Positions 41,130-50,091 of a stretch of 64,000 nt of DNA are shown in pieces. Under the pieces are notes generated by a model. It worked only from the letters and a program-made list of their open reading frames with translations, did no database searches and was not told the DNA's origin. Origin of the DNA: a bacterium (GTDB taxonomy: Bacteria > UBA8248). The stretch's first letter is position 1. Every line of letters begins with the position of its first letter. A program made the translations under genes and the position numbers. Location: contig OZ241875.1 of NCBI GenBank assembly GCA_965203325.1, positions 608,001 to 672,000 on the forward strand, given 5' to 3'.

Positions 41130-41579
41130 TTGTCCAGTATCCGGGATGCCCTCACCGAAGACATGAAGGCCGCCATGCGCGCCAGGGAGGCGCTCAGGCT
41201 CTCGACCATCCGCATGGTGCGCGCCGAGATTTTGAACAAGGACAAGGAAGGCGGTGAAGAAACATCGCAAAAAGATATTCTCAAACTGCTCCAAAGTATG
41301 GTAAAGAAACGAGAGGAAGCCGCCGAGCAGTACGCAGCCGCCGGCCGCGAGGATATGGCCCAGAAGGAACGCGATGAGATCCGGATCATCGAGGGCTATC
41401 TCCCCGCGCAGATGGAGGATGCGGAAATCGAATCCGCCGCCCAAGCGGTCATCGAGGAAACCGGGGCCTCCTCGATGAAAGACATGGGCAAGGTAATGGG
41501 AATTTTGTCACGAGAACTGGCCGGGCGCGCTACGGGCGCCCGGATTTCCCAGGCGGTCCGGAAACTCCTGGGCACTTAG
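41130..41579 (+). CDS. GatB/YqeY domain protein
   Basis: DMKAAMRA, YLPAQ, MKDMGKVMG. Confidence 0.9.
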   Translation: MSSIRDALTEDMKAAMRAREALRLSTIRMVRAEILNKDKEGGEETSQKDILKLLQSMVKKREEAAEQYAAAGREDMAQKERDEIRIIEGYLPAQMEDAEIESAAQAVIEETGASSMKDMGKVMGILSRELAGRATGARISQAVRKLLGT

Positions 41580-41598
41580 GGAAGAAGGAGGTCTCCAA

Positions 41599-41994
41599 AT
41601 GAAGAAGCCGGCCTACCGCTTAGAAGACGTCGCCACAGCGTACCAATGCGAACCCGAGCAGGAGGAGATCATCTCCGCTCTGGCCGAGCGCGACTACCGT
41701 GTATTCGAAGTCGAGCAGCCCGCGGGAGCCTTCGTGCCCTACCACACGCACGATGAAGAAGAAGCCGTGATCGTCATCGAGGGACAGATGCAGTTCAACG
41801 TAGAAGAAGAACTCGTCCTCGTCCAACAGGGCGAGGTGATCACCATCCGGGAAGAAGCCATCCACAGCGCAGCCCAGATTGGAGAGGAGAAGGCCAGACT
41901 CCTGCTCGCCTTCCCGAACGACGGCGACGATCCGCCGGTCATCGACCTAGACTGGGAGGGCGATGAGGAGGACGACAACCTCGGCTACGCCTGA
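41599..41994 (+). CDS. Cupin domain protein
   Basis: HTHDEEE...G...H. Confidence 0.8.
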   Translation: MKKPAYRLEDVATAYQCEPEQEEIISALAERDYRVFEVEQPAGAFVPYHTHDEEEAVIVIEGQMQFNVEEELVLVQQGEVITIREEAIHSAAQIGEEKARLLLAFPNDGDDPPVIDLDWEGDEEDDNLGYA

Positions 41995-42439
41995 TTCGAA
42001 CTACTTCGCCTACGGGGCGAACCTGCACCTCGCGCAAATGAAATCTCTCTGCCCCAGGAGCGCGCCCGTATGTCCCGCGCGCCTGGTGGACTACCGCCTC
42101 ACCATCGCCCTGCCCGCCGCGTCATCCGGCAACCAGCCCGGCTGGGCGACCGTGACGCCCGAAGCGGGCGCGCAGGTACCGGGCGCGTTGTTTCGCCTCC
42201 ACGAAGACGACCTGCCCGCGCTGGATCATTTCGAGGACTACCCGGCGCTCTACGACCGGAAGGATGTGGAGATCGTCACGGCGGAAGGCCCGCTCCGGGC
42301 CATGATCTACATCATGCGGCATCCGCTGAAACCTGCGCGCCCGGCGGCGCACTACGTCGAGACGCTCCGGCAGGGATACCGCGACTTCGATTTACCGATG
42401 GAGGTTCTGGAGGGCGTTCTGGGGGAGACTGATTCTTGA
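41963..42439 (+). CDS. Gamma-glutamylcyclotransferase family protein
   Basis: YFAYGANL, LDHFE.YP.LY. Confidence 0.85.
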   Translation: MRRTTTSATPDSNYFAYGANLHLAQMKSLCPRSAPVCPARLVDYRLTIALPAASSGNQPGWATVTPEAGAQVPGALFRLHEDDLPALDHFEDYPALYDRKDVEIVTAEGPLRAMIYIMRHPLKPARPAAHYVETLRQGYRDFDLPMEVLEGVLGETDS

Positions 42440-42468
42440 TTATCGAGTAGAAGGCTTGTTGCCTGACG

Positions 42469-42897
42469 TCAGTCGGCGGTTCGCTCGAGCAGACGGCGCA
42501 AGGCCAGCATCGCCGTCTCGCTTTGCTTCATGGTCATTTCACTCTGCTTCATTGTCATTTCGCTCTGCTTGAGCAGCACTTCCGTTCGTTTCGAAGTATC
42601 TTCCTGCAACTTGATCAGCACTTCCGTCTGCTTCATGGATTCTTCCTGCAATCCAATCAGCGCGTCCGTGCGTTTCATGGATTCTTCGTGCTGCTTGCTA
42701 AAGGCGTCAGCCATGACCTCGATCTGCTTCATCATGGCGTCGATCTGCCTGTCCGTCTGTTGCGCGCGCCTTTCTGAGGCATCGCTCATCCGCTTGATGC
42801 CGTAAAAGAACAAGCCCGATTGCACCATGCCCACGAACAGGGCCACGCCGGCCTGAACCCATCCCACGAGCAAGGTCGCCTGCTGGAATTCCGTCAT
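42469..42897 (-). CDS. Single-TM protein with heptad-repeat coiled coil
   Basis: TM helix, then 7-aa repeats (KQSEMTM); ends LLERT. Confidence 0.7.
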   Translation of the reverse strand: MTEFQQATLLVGWVQAGVALFVGMVQSGLFFYGIKRMSDASERRAQQTDRQIDAMMKQIEVMADAFSKQHEESMKRTDALIGLQEESMKQTEVLIKLQEDTSKRTEVLLKQSEMTMKQSEMTMKQSETAMLALRRLLERTAD

Positions 42898-43074
42898 TTC
42901 CCACTCTCCCACGCCTGAGAATAAATCAACATACGAGACGCCATCAACTCGTCCCGTCTCGGGTGGGTCCTCATTTCTCGTGGAGGTCGTAAAGAAGCAT
43001 AGCATAAAACGAATAAATTACGAAATCAAAGTGCAAAAAATTTTCAGCCTGAAGATAAGTAGAATAAGCGCGTC

Positions 43075-43560
43075 CTAGAAATCGCCCTTCTCTTGTAAAT
43101 ACGGAATGAGGCCGCCCGCCTCGATCATCGCCCAGAGGCCGTCGGGGAACGGGGGGAAAGTAATCGTCTCATCGCCTACGCGGGCCTCGCCCTTCATCGG
43201 GTCGACCTCTATCTCATCGCCCGCTCTTATCGCGTCGGTATCGCACGCGATGACGGGAAGACCTGAGTTAATGGCGTTCCGGTAGAACATGTGCCCGAAG
43301 CTCCTGGCGAGCACGCAGCTCACGCCGAGTTCCCTGAGCACGACGGCGGCATCCTGCCGGCTGCTCACGAGGCCGAAGTTCTCCCCCGCCGCCACCACGT
43401 CGCCGGACTGCACGTTCTTCGAGAAACCGGGGTCCAGTTCCCTGAAGGCGTCGCGCTTGAGTTCTTCGAGCGTCGTGCCCGGCGGGCGGTATTTGACCGA
43501 CAGATGCACGTCGGTGCTGATGTCGTCCCCGAAACGGTGGACCTTGCCCCTCATCGCCAC
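43075..43560 (-). CDS. LeuD-like aconitase-family small subunit
   Basis: GDDISTD, AGENFG.SSR, FYRNAIN.G. Confidence 0.88.
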   Translation of the reverse strand: MAMRGKVHRFGDDISTDVHLSVKYRPPGTTLEELKRDAFRELDPGFSKNVQSGDVVAAGENFGLVSSRQDAAVVLRELGVSCVLARSFGHMFYRNAINSGLPVIACDTDAIRAGDEIEVDPMKGEARVGDETITFPPFPDGLWAMIEAGGLIPYLQEKGDF

Positions 43561-43582
43561 GATTTCATCTCCCTCATCATGC

Positions 43583-44839
43583 CTATAGAAATTCCCTGGG
43601 GTCGGTGATGCGGCCCGTCACCGCACTCGCCGCCACCGTGGCCGGGGAACCCAGATATATCTCGGCCTCCTTGCTGCCGAGCCGGCCGGGGAAGTTGCGG
43701 TTCGCGGAGGATATGGCGCGTTCGCCGTCGGCGAGGCAGCCGTTTCCCGTCATCGAGGCGCACGGCCCGCACGCGGCGGTGAGCACGGCGGCCCCCGCTT
43801 CGGCCAAGGCCCCGATGGCCCCGCTCGCGGCGGCGGCCTCGTAAATTCTCTTGCTCGTGGGCGCGACGTAGAAGCGAACGCCCGGCGCGATCTTCCTGCC
43901 GCGCACGATTCTCGCCGCGATTTCGATGTCCTCGAGCCTCCCGTTCGTGCACGTGCCCACGAACGCCTGCTGGACGGGCAGGCCCGCGTAGTCCTCTACC
44001 GGGTGCGCGTTCCCCGTGGCGGGCGGAGCGGCCACTACCGGAGTGAGAGCCGAAACATCGAGATGGATTCGCCTCGCGTATTCGGCGTCCGGGTCCGGCG
44101 ATACGGGCGTGTTGAACCGCGCCCCGTGCGCCCGCGCCCAGTCGAGCGCCTTATCGTCCACCTCCATGATCCCCGTCTTCGCCCCCATGTCGACCGACAT
44201 GTTCGCGACCGTAAAGCGTGCGTCCATCGAGAGATCGGCCAGCGCGTCACCGCCGTATTCCACCGCCATGTAGTTCGCGCCGTTCTCGCCCATCTCGCGC
44301 GCGAGGACGAGTTCCATGTCTTTCGAAAAAACGCCGTGGGCGAGCGCGCCGGTGAACTCCACGCGAACGCTCTCGGGCGTCTTGAACCAAAGCTTCCCGG
44401 TGGCGTAGGCGGAGGCGATTTCCACGCTCTCGACCGCCACGCCCATCGCGCCCAGCGCCCCGTAGGTGCATACGTGGCTGTCGCCCCCCACGGCGAGCGC
44501 GCCGGGGCCCACCCGGCCCTCCTCCGTCACGACGGTGTGGCAGACGCCCGCGCCGGGTTCAAAGACCTCGACGCCGTGCTCCTCACCGAAGATTCTCAGT
44601 TTCTTGTGATGGTTCGCCCAGAGGACGTCCTGCGCGGGCACGAAATGATCGATGACGAAATCGGTCTTCTTGGGGTCCATCCGGAACTCGAAGCCTGCGT
44701 CCCTGAAGATGTCGACCGCTTTGGGTCCCTTGGCGTCGCCCGCCATGACGTAGTCGAGTTCCGCGATTACCAGGTCGCCGGCCCTGGCCTCGCTATCTGA
44801 GTGCGCGGAGAGGATTTTCTCCGCCATCGTCTGCCCCAC
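43583..44839 (-). CDS. LeuC-like aconitase-family large subunit
   Basis: DHF, GVCH, DSH, GTCTNGR, CGPC, NRNFPGR. Confidence 0.9.
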   Translation of the reverse strand: MGQTMAEKILSAHSDSEARAGDLVIAELDYVMAGDAKGPKAVDIFRDAGFEFRMDPKKTDFVIDHFVPAQDVLWANHHKKLRIFGEEHGVEVFEPGAGVCHTVVTEEGRVGPGALAVGGDSHVCTYGALGAMGVAVESVEIASAYATGKLWFKTPESVRVEFTGALAHGVFSKDMELVLAREMGENGANYMAVEYGGDALADLSMDARFTVANMSVDMGAKTGIMEVDDKALDWARAHGARFNTPVSPDPDAEYARRIHLDVSALTPVVAAPPATGNAHPVEDYAGLPVQQAFVGTCTNGRLEDIEIAARIVRGRKIAPGVRFYVAPTSKRIYEAAAASGAIGALAEAGAAVLTAACGPCASMTGNGCLADGERAISSANRNFPGRLGSKEAEIYLGSPATVAASAVTGRITDPREFL

Positions 44840-45056
44840 GGTGTTCTCCTTGCTGAATCTTTCATATCGGGAACGCAAAGCCTTTGTATACACCAAAAAC
44901 CGGGCGCGCGGAATTGTGAGGAGGCGTGCGCCTCGCGGTGGATTTAGAGGAACAAGGCGACGAGGAGCCGAACGCACCTTCGTTTTGACTTATCCCCCTC
45001 TCTGGGCGAAACTGGCCGGACTGGCTGCTCCACGAGGACAGACAGGAGAGAACCGA

Positions 45057-45494
45057 ATGACGGAATACGAAGCCGCAAACCTCACCGTGCAGCAAGCCGC
45101 CCTTGCGCTGCAAAAAGACACGCTCGCACTGCAGCAGGCCACTCTAGCCCTTCAACAAGCATCGCTCGCCGTGCAGCGAGCTTCCGTATGGGTCGCCGCC
45201 CTCGTCGGGGCCGCGCAGTGCAGCCTCATCGGAGTCGGGCTCTACATCATGCGACAGGCCTCGAAGCAACGCGACGCCCAGCACCGGGAAAACATGGCGC
45301 AGCATCGGGAAACCATGGCGGCGATTAACGCCCAGCGAGAGGCGCAAAAAGAACAACACCAGGAAACCATGGCGGCGCATCAAGAAACCATGAAGGTGCT
45401 GGAAGGCCAGAACAAGGCCCTGGACAATCAACAAACGGCGATGATGGAACTCATCCGCCGCACCTCGGGGGCACCCGCTCAAGAGGACGGCTGA
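45057..45494 (+). CDS. Single-TM protein with heptad repeats (paralog of 42469-42897)
   Basis: QQATLAL repeats, TM helix, QHRETMA repeats; ends LIRRT. Confidence 0.7.
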   Translation: MTEYEAANLTVQQAALALQKDTLALQQATLALQQASLAVQRASVWVAALVGAAQCSLIGVGLYIMRQASKQRDAQHRENMAQHRETMAAINAQREAQKEQHQETMAAHQETMKVLEGQNKALDNQQTAMMELIRRTSGAPAQEDG

Positions 45495-45572
45495 GGGGGC
45501 GGGGGCTTCGCCTCCCCTTCTCTTTTTCCTCCTTGACCTCACTTGGAGCAGCGCATTTGCGAGTTTTACCCC

Positions 45573-46121
45573 TCACTCGCCGGGGCGGTGGCACGCTAGG
45601 GCGCGGGAGAGGATGTCGCGCGCGGGCTGCGAGCCGTCGAGCGGGCGCAGCTTCCGGCTCTTAATCTTCCAGCCCTCCGGCGTGCGCACGAGCTCCCAGC
45701 GGTTGGCGAGGACGCGGTGGATGCGGTAGCCGGTCGAGACGCCGTGGTTGGGGAGTTCGCGCTCGGCGCCCTGGTGGTCCGGGTGGATGAGTTGCAAATA
45801 GGAGGTGACGAAGGCCGAATCGCCGTCGAGCTCGACGTGCGGCAGCCCGGCGAAGTGGGCGAGGCCGCCGTGGATGGCCTCTTGATGCGCGGACCTTTGG
45901 GTGATGGCGGCGATGGCCTCGTTTCCGAGCGTGTAGTCTAAGCTCTCGCCCCGGTCGAAGACGCCGTCTTCGGTGAAGACGGCGCGGGTGTAATAATCCG
46001 CGCCCGTGTCGGCGCTCGGCGGGTGCGAAGCGATCAAGTTGTAGATTTCGAGCCTGTCCTCGATATCGCGCAGCCGCGCCTCGAGCGACACAGGCCCCGG
46101 CGTCCTTTCGGTTTCCGTCAT
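45573..46121 (-). CDS. SnoaL/NTF2-like protein
   Basis: IEDRLEIYNL, FTEDG, GWKIKSR. Confidence 0.8.
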   Translation of the reverse strand: MTETERTPGPVSLEARLRDIEDRLEIYNLIASHPPSADTGADYYTRAVFTEDGVFDRGESLDYTLGNEAIAAITQRSAHQEAIHGGLAHFAGLPHVELDGDSAFVTSYLQLIHPDHQGAERELPNHGVSTGYRIHRVLANRWELVRTPEGWKIKSRKLRPLDGSQPARDILSRALACHRPGE

Positions 46122-46881
46122 GTCGGCTTCTCCTCGGAGGTGGGATGAGAAATGGGAATATCTCACATCCGGGGGCGTGGTTCCTATCGCTTCGGTCGAG
46201 TTTCATCATGTTAGAATCACCCCCCCTTGAGGGGAGTGATTTCCATCCTTTCTCGGTCTGCAAAGCCTTTTTCCTCAATCGCAATAAATCCTCTCTCCTC
46301 ACTCGGGATCGACACTTAACGCATTTATCCGTATTTGAGTCTATGGCGCGTGGGACGAGATTCGCCGTCCGGGACGGGCCGCTTCCCGATGCTTGCGGGC
46401 GGAGGCGTTTTCGGGAGAGCATCGGGATGGGAGCAGAAAGAAGGACGATGAGGCGAAGCGGGGATGATTGCAGGACTTCGAACAGGGCTTCCCGGGCGAA
46501 GTTCGCAGGCGCAAAGATCCCGCCCGGAATTTCCGAAAAATTCGATAAAATCAGATAAATTCACGGGGTTATTCGATAAATCAAGTTGATTGGATATTCC
46601 AGGCCGTTCTCATCGGCGATGGAATCCGTATAACTTATTGATATCATGTCGAATATATGGCTCGTCCATGCCTGCCGGAATTCGCCTTCCTCAACCCGTA
46701 ATCAAGCCGAAAGCGGATTCGTTTAAACTCCCGCGCACCCCAGCGAGCGCGCGTCGGTATCAACGTTCGTCCCTACGACACGGTTGTGTAAAATTGGTTC
46801 CCGTTCGATCCTTATACCGAAAAACATACCAAAAACGTATGGTTTCGCAGGAACGATTTTTTGGGATGAACGCAATGCTGC

Positions 46882-48057
46882 TCAAGGCTTTTTCGAGGAA
46901 GAATAGCGTCTCAGTTCTTCCGCGACTTCCGGGTAGGTGAACCACTCGGGGATTTCTTCGCCCTTTTCCATCATTTTGCGAAGCCTCGTGCCGGATATCC
47001 TGAGGATTCGGGTGTTTTCGGGGATCCGGTCCACCGGCAGGTAGCGTCCCTCATCCGGGGCGTAGACCATCTCCTGAAACGGGACCATCGCGATCCCGCA
47101 TTCGGCCTGGTGGTTTTTCAGTAGATCCTGGGCGGCGTACGGGTCGTAGAAAGGCTCACCCCGGCCGTCGACGCCGGGGCCGGCGTGATCCCTGCCCACG
47201 ATGAAGTGGGTGCAGCCGTAGTTTTTTCTTATGAGCGCGTGCCAGAGCGCCTCTCTGGGGCCGGCCATCCGCATCGCCAGGGGCAGCAGCGCCAGGGTGA
47301 CGGAACCGGACGCGTAATGCTTGAGAACATGCTCGTAGCAGCGCACCCGGCATATATGGTCGATGTCTCCCGGCTTCGTCATCCCTGCCACCGGGTGGAT
47401 GAGTATGTTGGCTCCATTCTCGGAAGCGGCGCTCTTCGTCAGCTCGACGTGCGCCCTGTGCAGCGGGTTGCGCGTCTGAAAGGCGACGACCCGCTTCCAT
47501 CCCATCGCCCGGAATTTCTCCCGCAATTCTCCCGGCGTGCGGCGATATTGCGGGAAATCGGCGTGCCGGGGCAGGCGGATTCCGCGCAGGCGGCCGCCGA
47601 GGTAGAAGGGGCCGGTTTCCTGGAAAAGGTATCGAACCCCCGGATGCGTTTGGTCGAGGGTGTCGAAGACGCTTAATGCCTCTCGTTCGGGGTCGGCCCG
47701 CCATACGTCTTCGGCCTCCAAAATCGCCAGCGGCGTCCCGTCGCCGTCCCGCAGGGCGAGCCGGGGGCGCTTCTCAATCCTGTTCGCCTCTTTCTCGGGA
47801 ACGTCCAAGGCGATGGGGATGGGCCACAACGCCCCGTTTTGAAGGCGCATGGATTCGAGAACGCACTCGTAGTCTTTGCGGCTTGAATATCCTTGTAGCG
47901 GCGCGAAACCGCCGTTCAAGAGCAGTTCGAGATCGCATAGCCGGCGGGCGTCGAGGGAGATGTGAGGCAGATCGGCAGCCTCGCGTTCCAAAGCCGCTCT
48001 TTCCTCCTCGGGGACGAGGAGACGGGGATGCTCCAGCGGGTCGTTTTGCGGGGACAA
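46882..48057 (-). CDS. sat: Sulfate adenylyltransferase (no APS kinase domain)
   Basis: FQTRNPLHRAH, MAGPREA, HFIVGRDHAG, ISGT. Confidence 0.93.
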   Translation of the reverse strand: MSPQNDPLEHPRLLVPEEERAALEREAADLPHISLDARRLCDLELLLNGGFAPLQGYSSRKDYECVLESMRLQNGALWPIPIALDVPEKEANRIEKRPRLALRDGDGTPLAILEAEDVWRADPEREALSVFDTLDQTHPGVRYLFQETGPFYLGGRLRGIRLPRHADFPQYRRTPGELREKFRAMGWKRVVAFQTRNPLHRAHVELTKSAASENGANILIHPVAGMTKPGDIDHICRVRCYEHVLKHYASGSVTLALLPLAMRMAGPREALWHALIRKNYGCTHFIVGRDHAGPGVDGRGEPFYDPYAAQDLLKNHQAECGIAMVPFQEMVYAPDEGRYLPVDRIPENTRILRISGTRLRKMMEKGEEIPEWFTYPEVAEELRRYSSSKKP

Positions 48058-48071
48058 ACCGGACGCTCCCT

Positions 48072-49085
48072 TTAATGGAAACCCAAAAGGAGGGAATCCC
48101 GGTCCTCTGGCGCCCATACGCCCCGCTCAAGCCTTTCTCTTCTTCTTCCGTCATGCCAGCGCTTGTACTCAATGGACGCGATGTTGGTGATGGTGTCGTT
48201 CTCCATCAGTTGGCGCTTCTCGCGGGAGGATAGGTTGTCCGGCGCGCCCGTGAGCGCGTAGCCGAATTCGCCCAGCGTCTCGCCGATGAGGCTTTCGATG
48301 ACCCCCACGTCCGACTCCGGTAGGCGATGCTTGTACATTTCGACGAAATCCGTCGTGATGGGGCGGGCCGTCTTAGCGTGGATGGGCGTTTCGGCCCACT
48401 TTTTCGTCGATGCGGTTTCCTGGTGGGCGAGCATGGCGGGCGAGAATTCTTCGCCCAGGAATTCACACAGTTTCTCCAGAACGGGTTCCGGTTCGGCGCA
48501 GAGATCCTCATATCTCACGACGTAAAAAGACTCGGGATCCAGCGTTTCCGCCGATTCGTTCACGCTCTCGACGAAGTCGCGCCACACGGCGGCGGTCGCG
48601 TAGAGGTTGTTCGGCCACAGTGCGGAATCCGCGATGTCGATGGCGACGTCCCGGCCGTCCCGGATGATGTGAACGAACTGCGCGCCGGGATACATGGATT
48701 TGAGATCCTCCATGTAGAAGCAGACGCGCGGCGTCTTCTCTCCCCAACGCTCTTTTCCGTGCGATTGCGCATACAGCCGGTGCAGGGCGGCGTACATCTC
48801 GGCAAAGCTGGGTTCTTTCATTTCAGCGCGCACTTCCTGAGCGCTCGGCGAGATCGGCCACGCGCGGATCGTCGGTGTGGCGAGGGAGTCCTCGATCATT
48901 TCGGCGAGATTGGCCTCGTTCGACAAGTCGCCGTAGCTGTAGAGATAGGAATAGATGAAATGCGTGAGCCATGCGGGCGGGGGCACCGCCAGGCGCGGGT
49001 GCGCGTCCAGGATCAATCTCAGAAGCGTGGAGCCTGAACGGGGCGAGCTGACGACGAATACGGGGCGTTCGATGTTCTCGGTCAT
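48072..49085 (-). CDS. Sulfotransferase family protein
   Basis: PRSGSTLL...HP, WGEKTP, IRDGRD, RYEDL. Confidence 0.9.
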   Translation of the reverse strand: MTENIERPVFVVSSPRSGSTLLRLILDAHPRLAVPPPAWLTHFIYSYLYSYGDLSNEANLAEMIEDSLATPTIRAWPISPSAQEVRAEMKEPSFAEMYAALHRLYAQSHGKERWGEKTPRVCFYMEDLKSMYPGAQFVHIIRDGRDVAIDIADSALWPNNLYATAAVWRDFVESVNESAETLDPESFYVVRYEDLCAEPEPVLEKLCEFLGEEFSPAMLAHQETASTKKWAETPIHAKTARPITTDFVEMYKHRLPESDVGVIESLIGETLGEFGYALTGAPDNLSSREKRQLMENDTITNIASIEYKRWHDGRRRERLERGVWAPEDRDSLLLGFH

Positions 49086-49166
49086 GAAAATCTTCCTCTC
49101 AGGACGGCCCCGGCGCGTTCGCGCCTCTTTCCGGGGTGTGGTTGGAACGGGTTCATTCCATCATCT

Positions 49167-50045
49167 TCATGCGGGGAAACACATCGTCTCCCAGGGGAAT
49201 CGGTCGGGATTTCCCCGCGTGAAGTGCATGGTTTTCTCAATCAGGTCGAAGATGACCGCGGTGCGCGTCGAGCATGGCTGCGCGCTGTTCGTCCGCGCTC
49301 CCGGCGCGCGCAGGTCTACCGCGCAGATCGAACCCACGCCCCCGTCCCCTCCGGGGCCTTTCCAGGCGAGCGTTCTTTTCAGGCTGTCGAGCGCTTCCGC
49401 CTTGCTCATTCCCTGCGGCACGGACTCATGGAGCCTCGCCAAGGCGTTCTGCATGTAATCGCAGCGCGTCTCCCTGTCCTCGCGCACGTGTTCGGGCAGC
49501 CGGGCCTGCTCGTCCAGCAGGATGAGGCGACCGTTGTTCCCGCGCGCGGAGAATCCTTCCGGATAGACGCGGGATTCGATTCTGTCCTCACAGTGCTCCA
49601 GTACGGCGACCTTGCCCGTGGCGTCCGCCAGAAGAAAATTTCCGCCCCGCTGCCCGGTACCTGCTCCCGTGTGTTTGGGGATAACGTCGTGCAGGTAGGG
49701 GAGCGTCTCATCGACAGTCTCGTAGATTTCCAGAAGGCTTGCCGCGATGGCGCTGCGGCGATCGACGTCGAGCGGGAAGTCTTTTTGTTCTTTCACGGGT
49801 TCGTCTTTTTCCTCGAAAGGCCCCCGGTAGTCCAAAAATGAGCGGATGACGGCCAGGCCCTTTTCGTTCATGCCGGAGTTCACGCCGGGCCGCGAGGCCG
49901 TGTTGAAGCCCATGAAGTCGTTGCCTGCTCCTCCGGTGATGCAGCCGTGCCAGTGGCCGACCTGCATGTAGTCCGAATTCTTGAGCGCAAAGGCGACGGG
50001 ATTTCCCTTGGAATCTGCCGTCGCGACGGCGCCTATGGTGCACAT
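49167..50045 (-). CDS. Ntn-hydrolase (peptidase C45-like)
   Basis: N-terminal M-C-T nucleophile, KNSD, GMNEKGL. Confidence 0.7.
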   Translation of the reverse strand: MCTIGAVATADSKGNPVAFALKNSDYMQVGHWHGCITGGAGNDFMGFNTASRPGVNSGMNEKGLAVIRSFLDYRGPFEEKDEPVKEQKDFPLDVDRRSAIAASLLEIYETVDETLPYLHDVIPKHTGAGTGQRGGNFLLADATGKVAVLEHCEDRIESRVYPEGFSARGNNGRLILLDEQARLPEHVREDRETRCDYMQNALARLHESVPQGMSKAEALDSLKRTLAWKGPGGDGGVGSICAVDLRAPGARTNSAQPCSTRTAVIFDLIEKTMHFTRGNPDRFPWETMCFPA

Positions 50046-50091
50046 TTCGCTCTCCTCACAAGAAACATACTTGAGCAAGCCTCATCTATAG

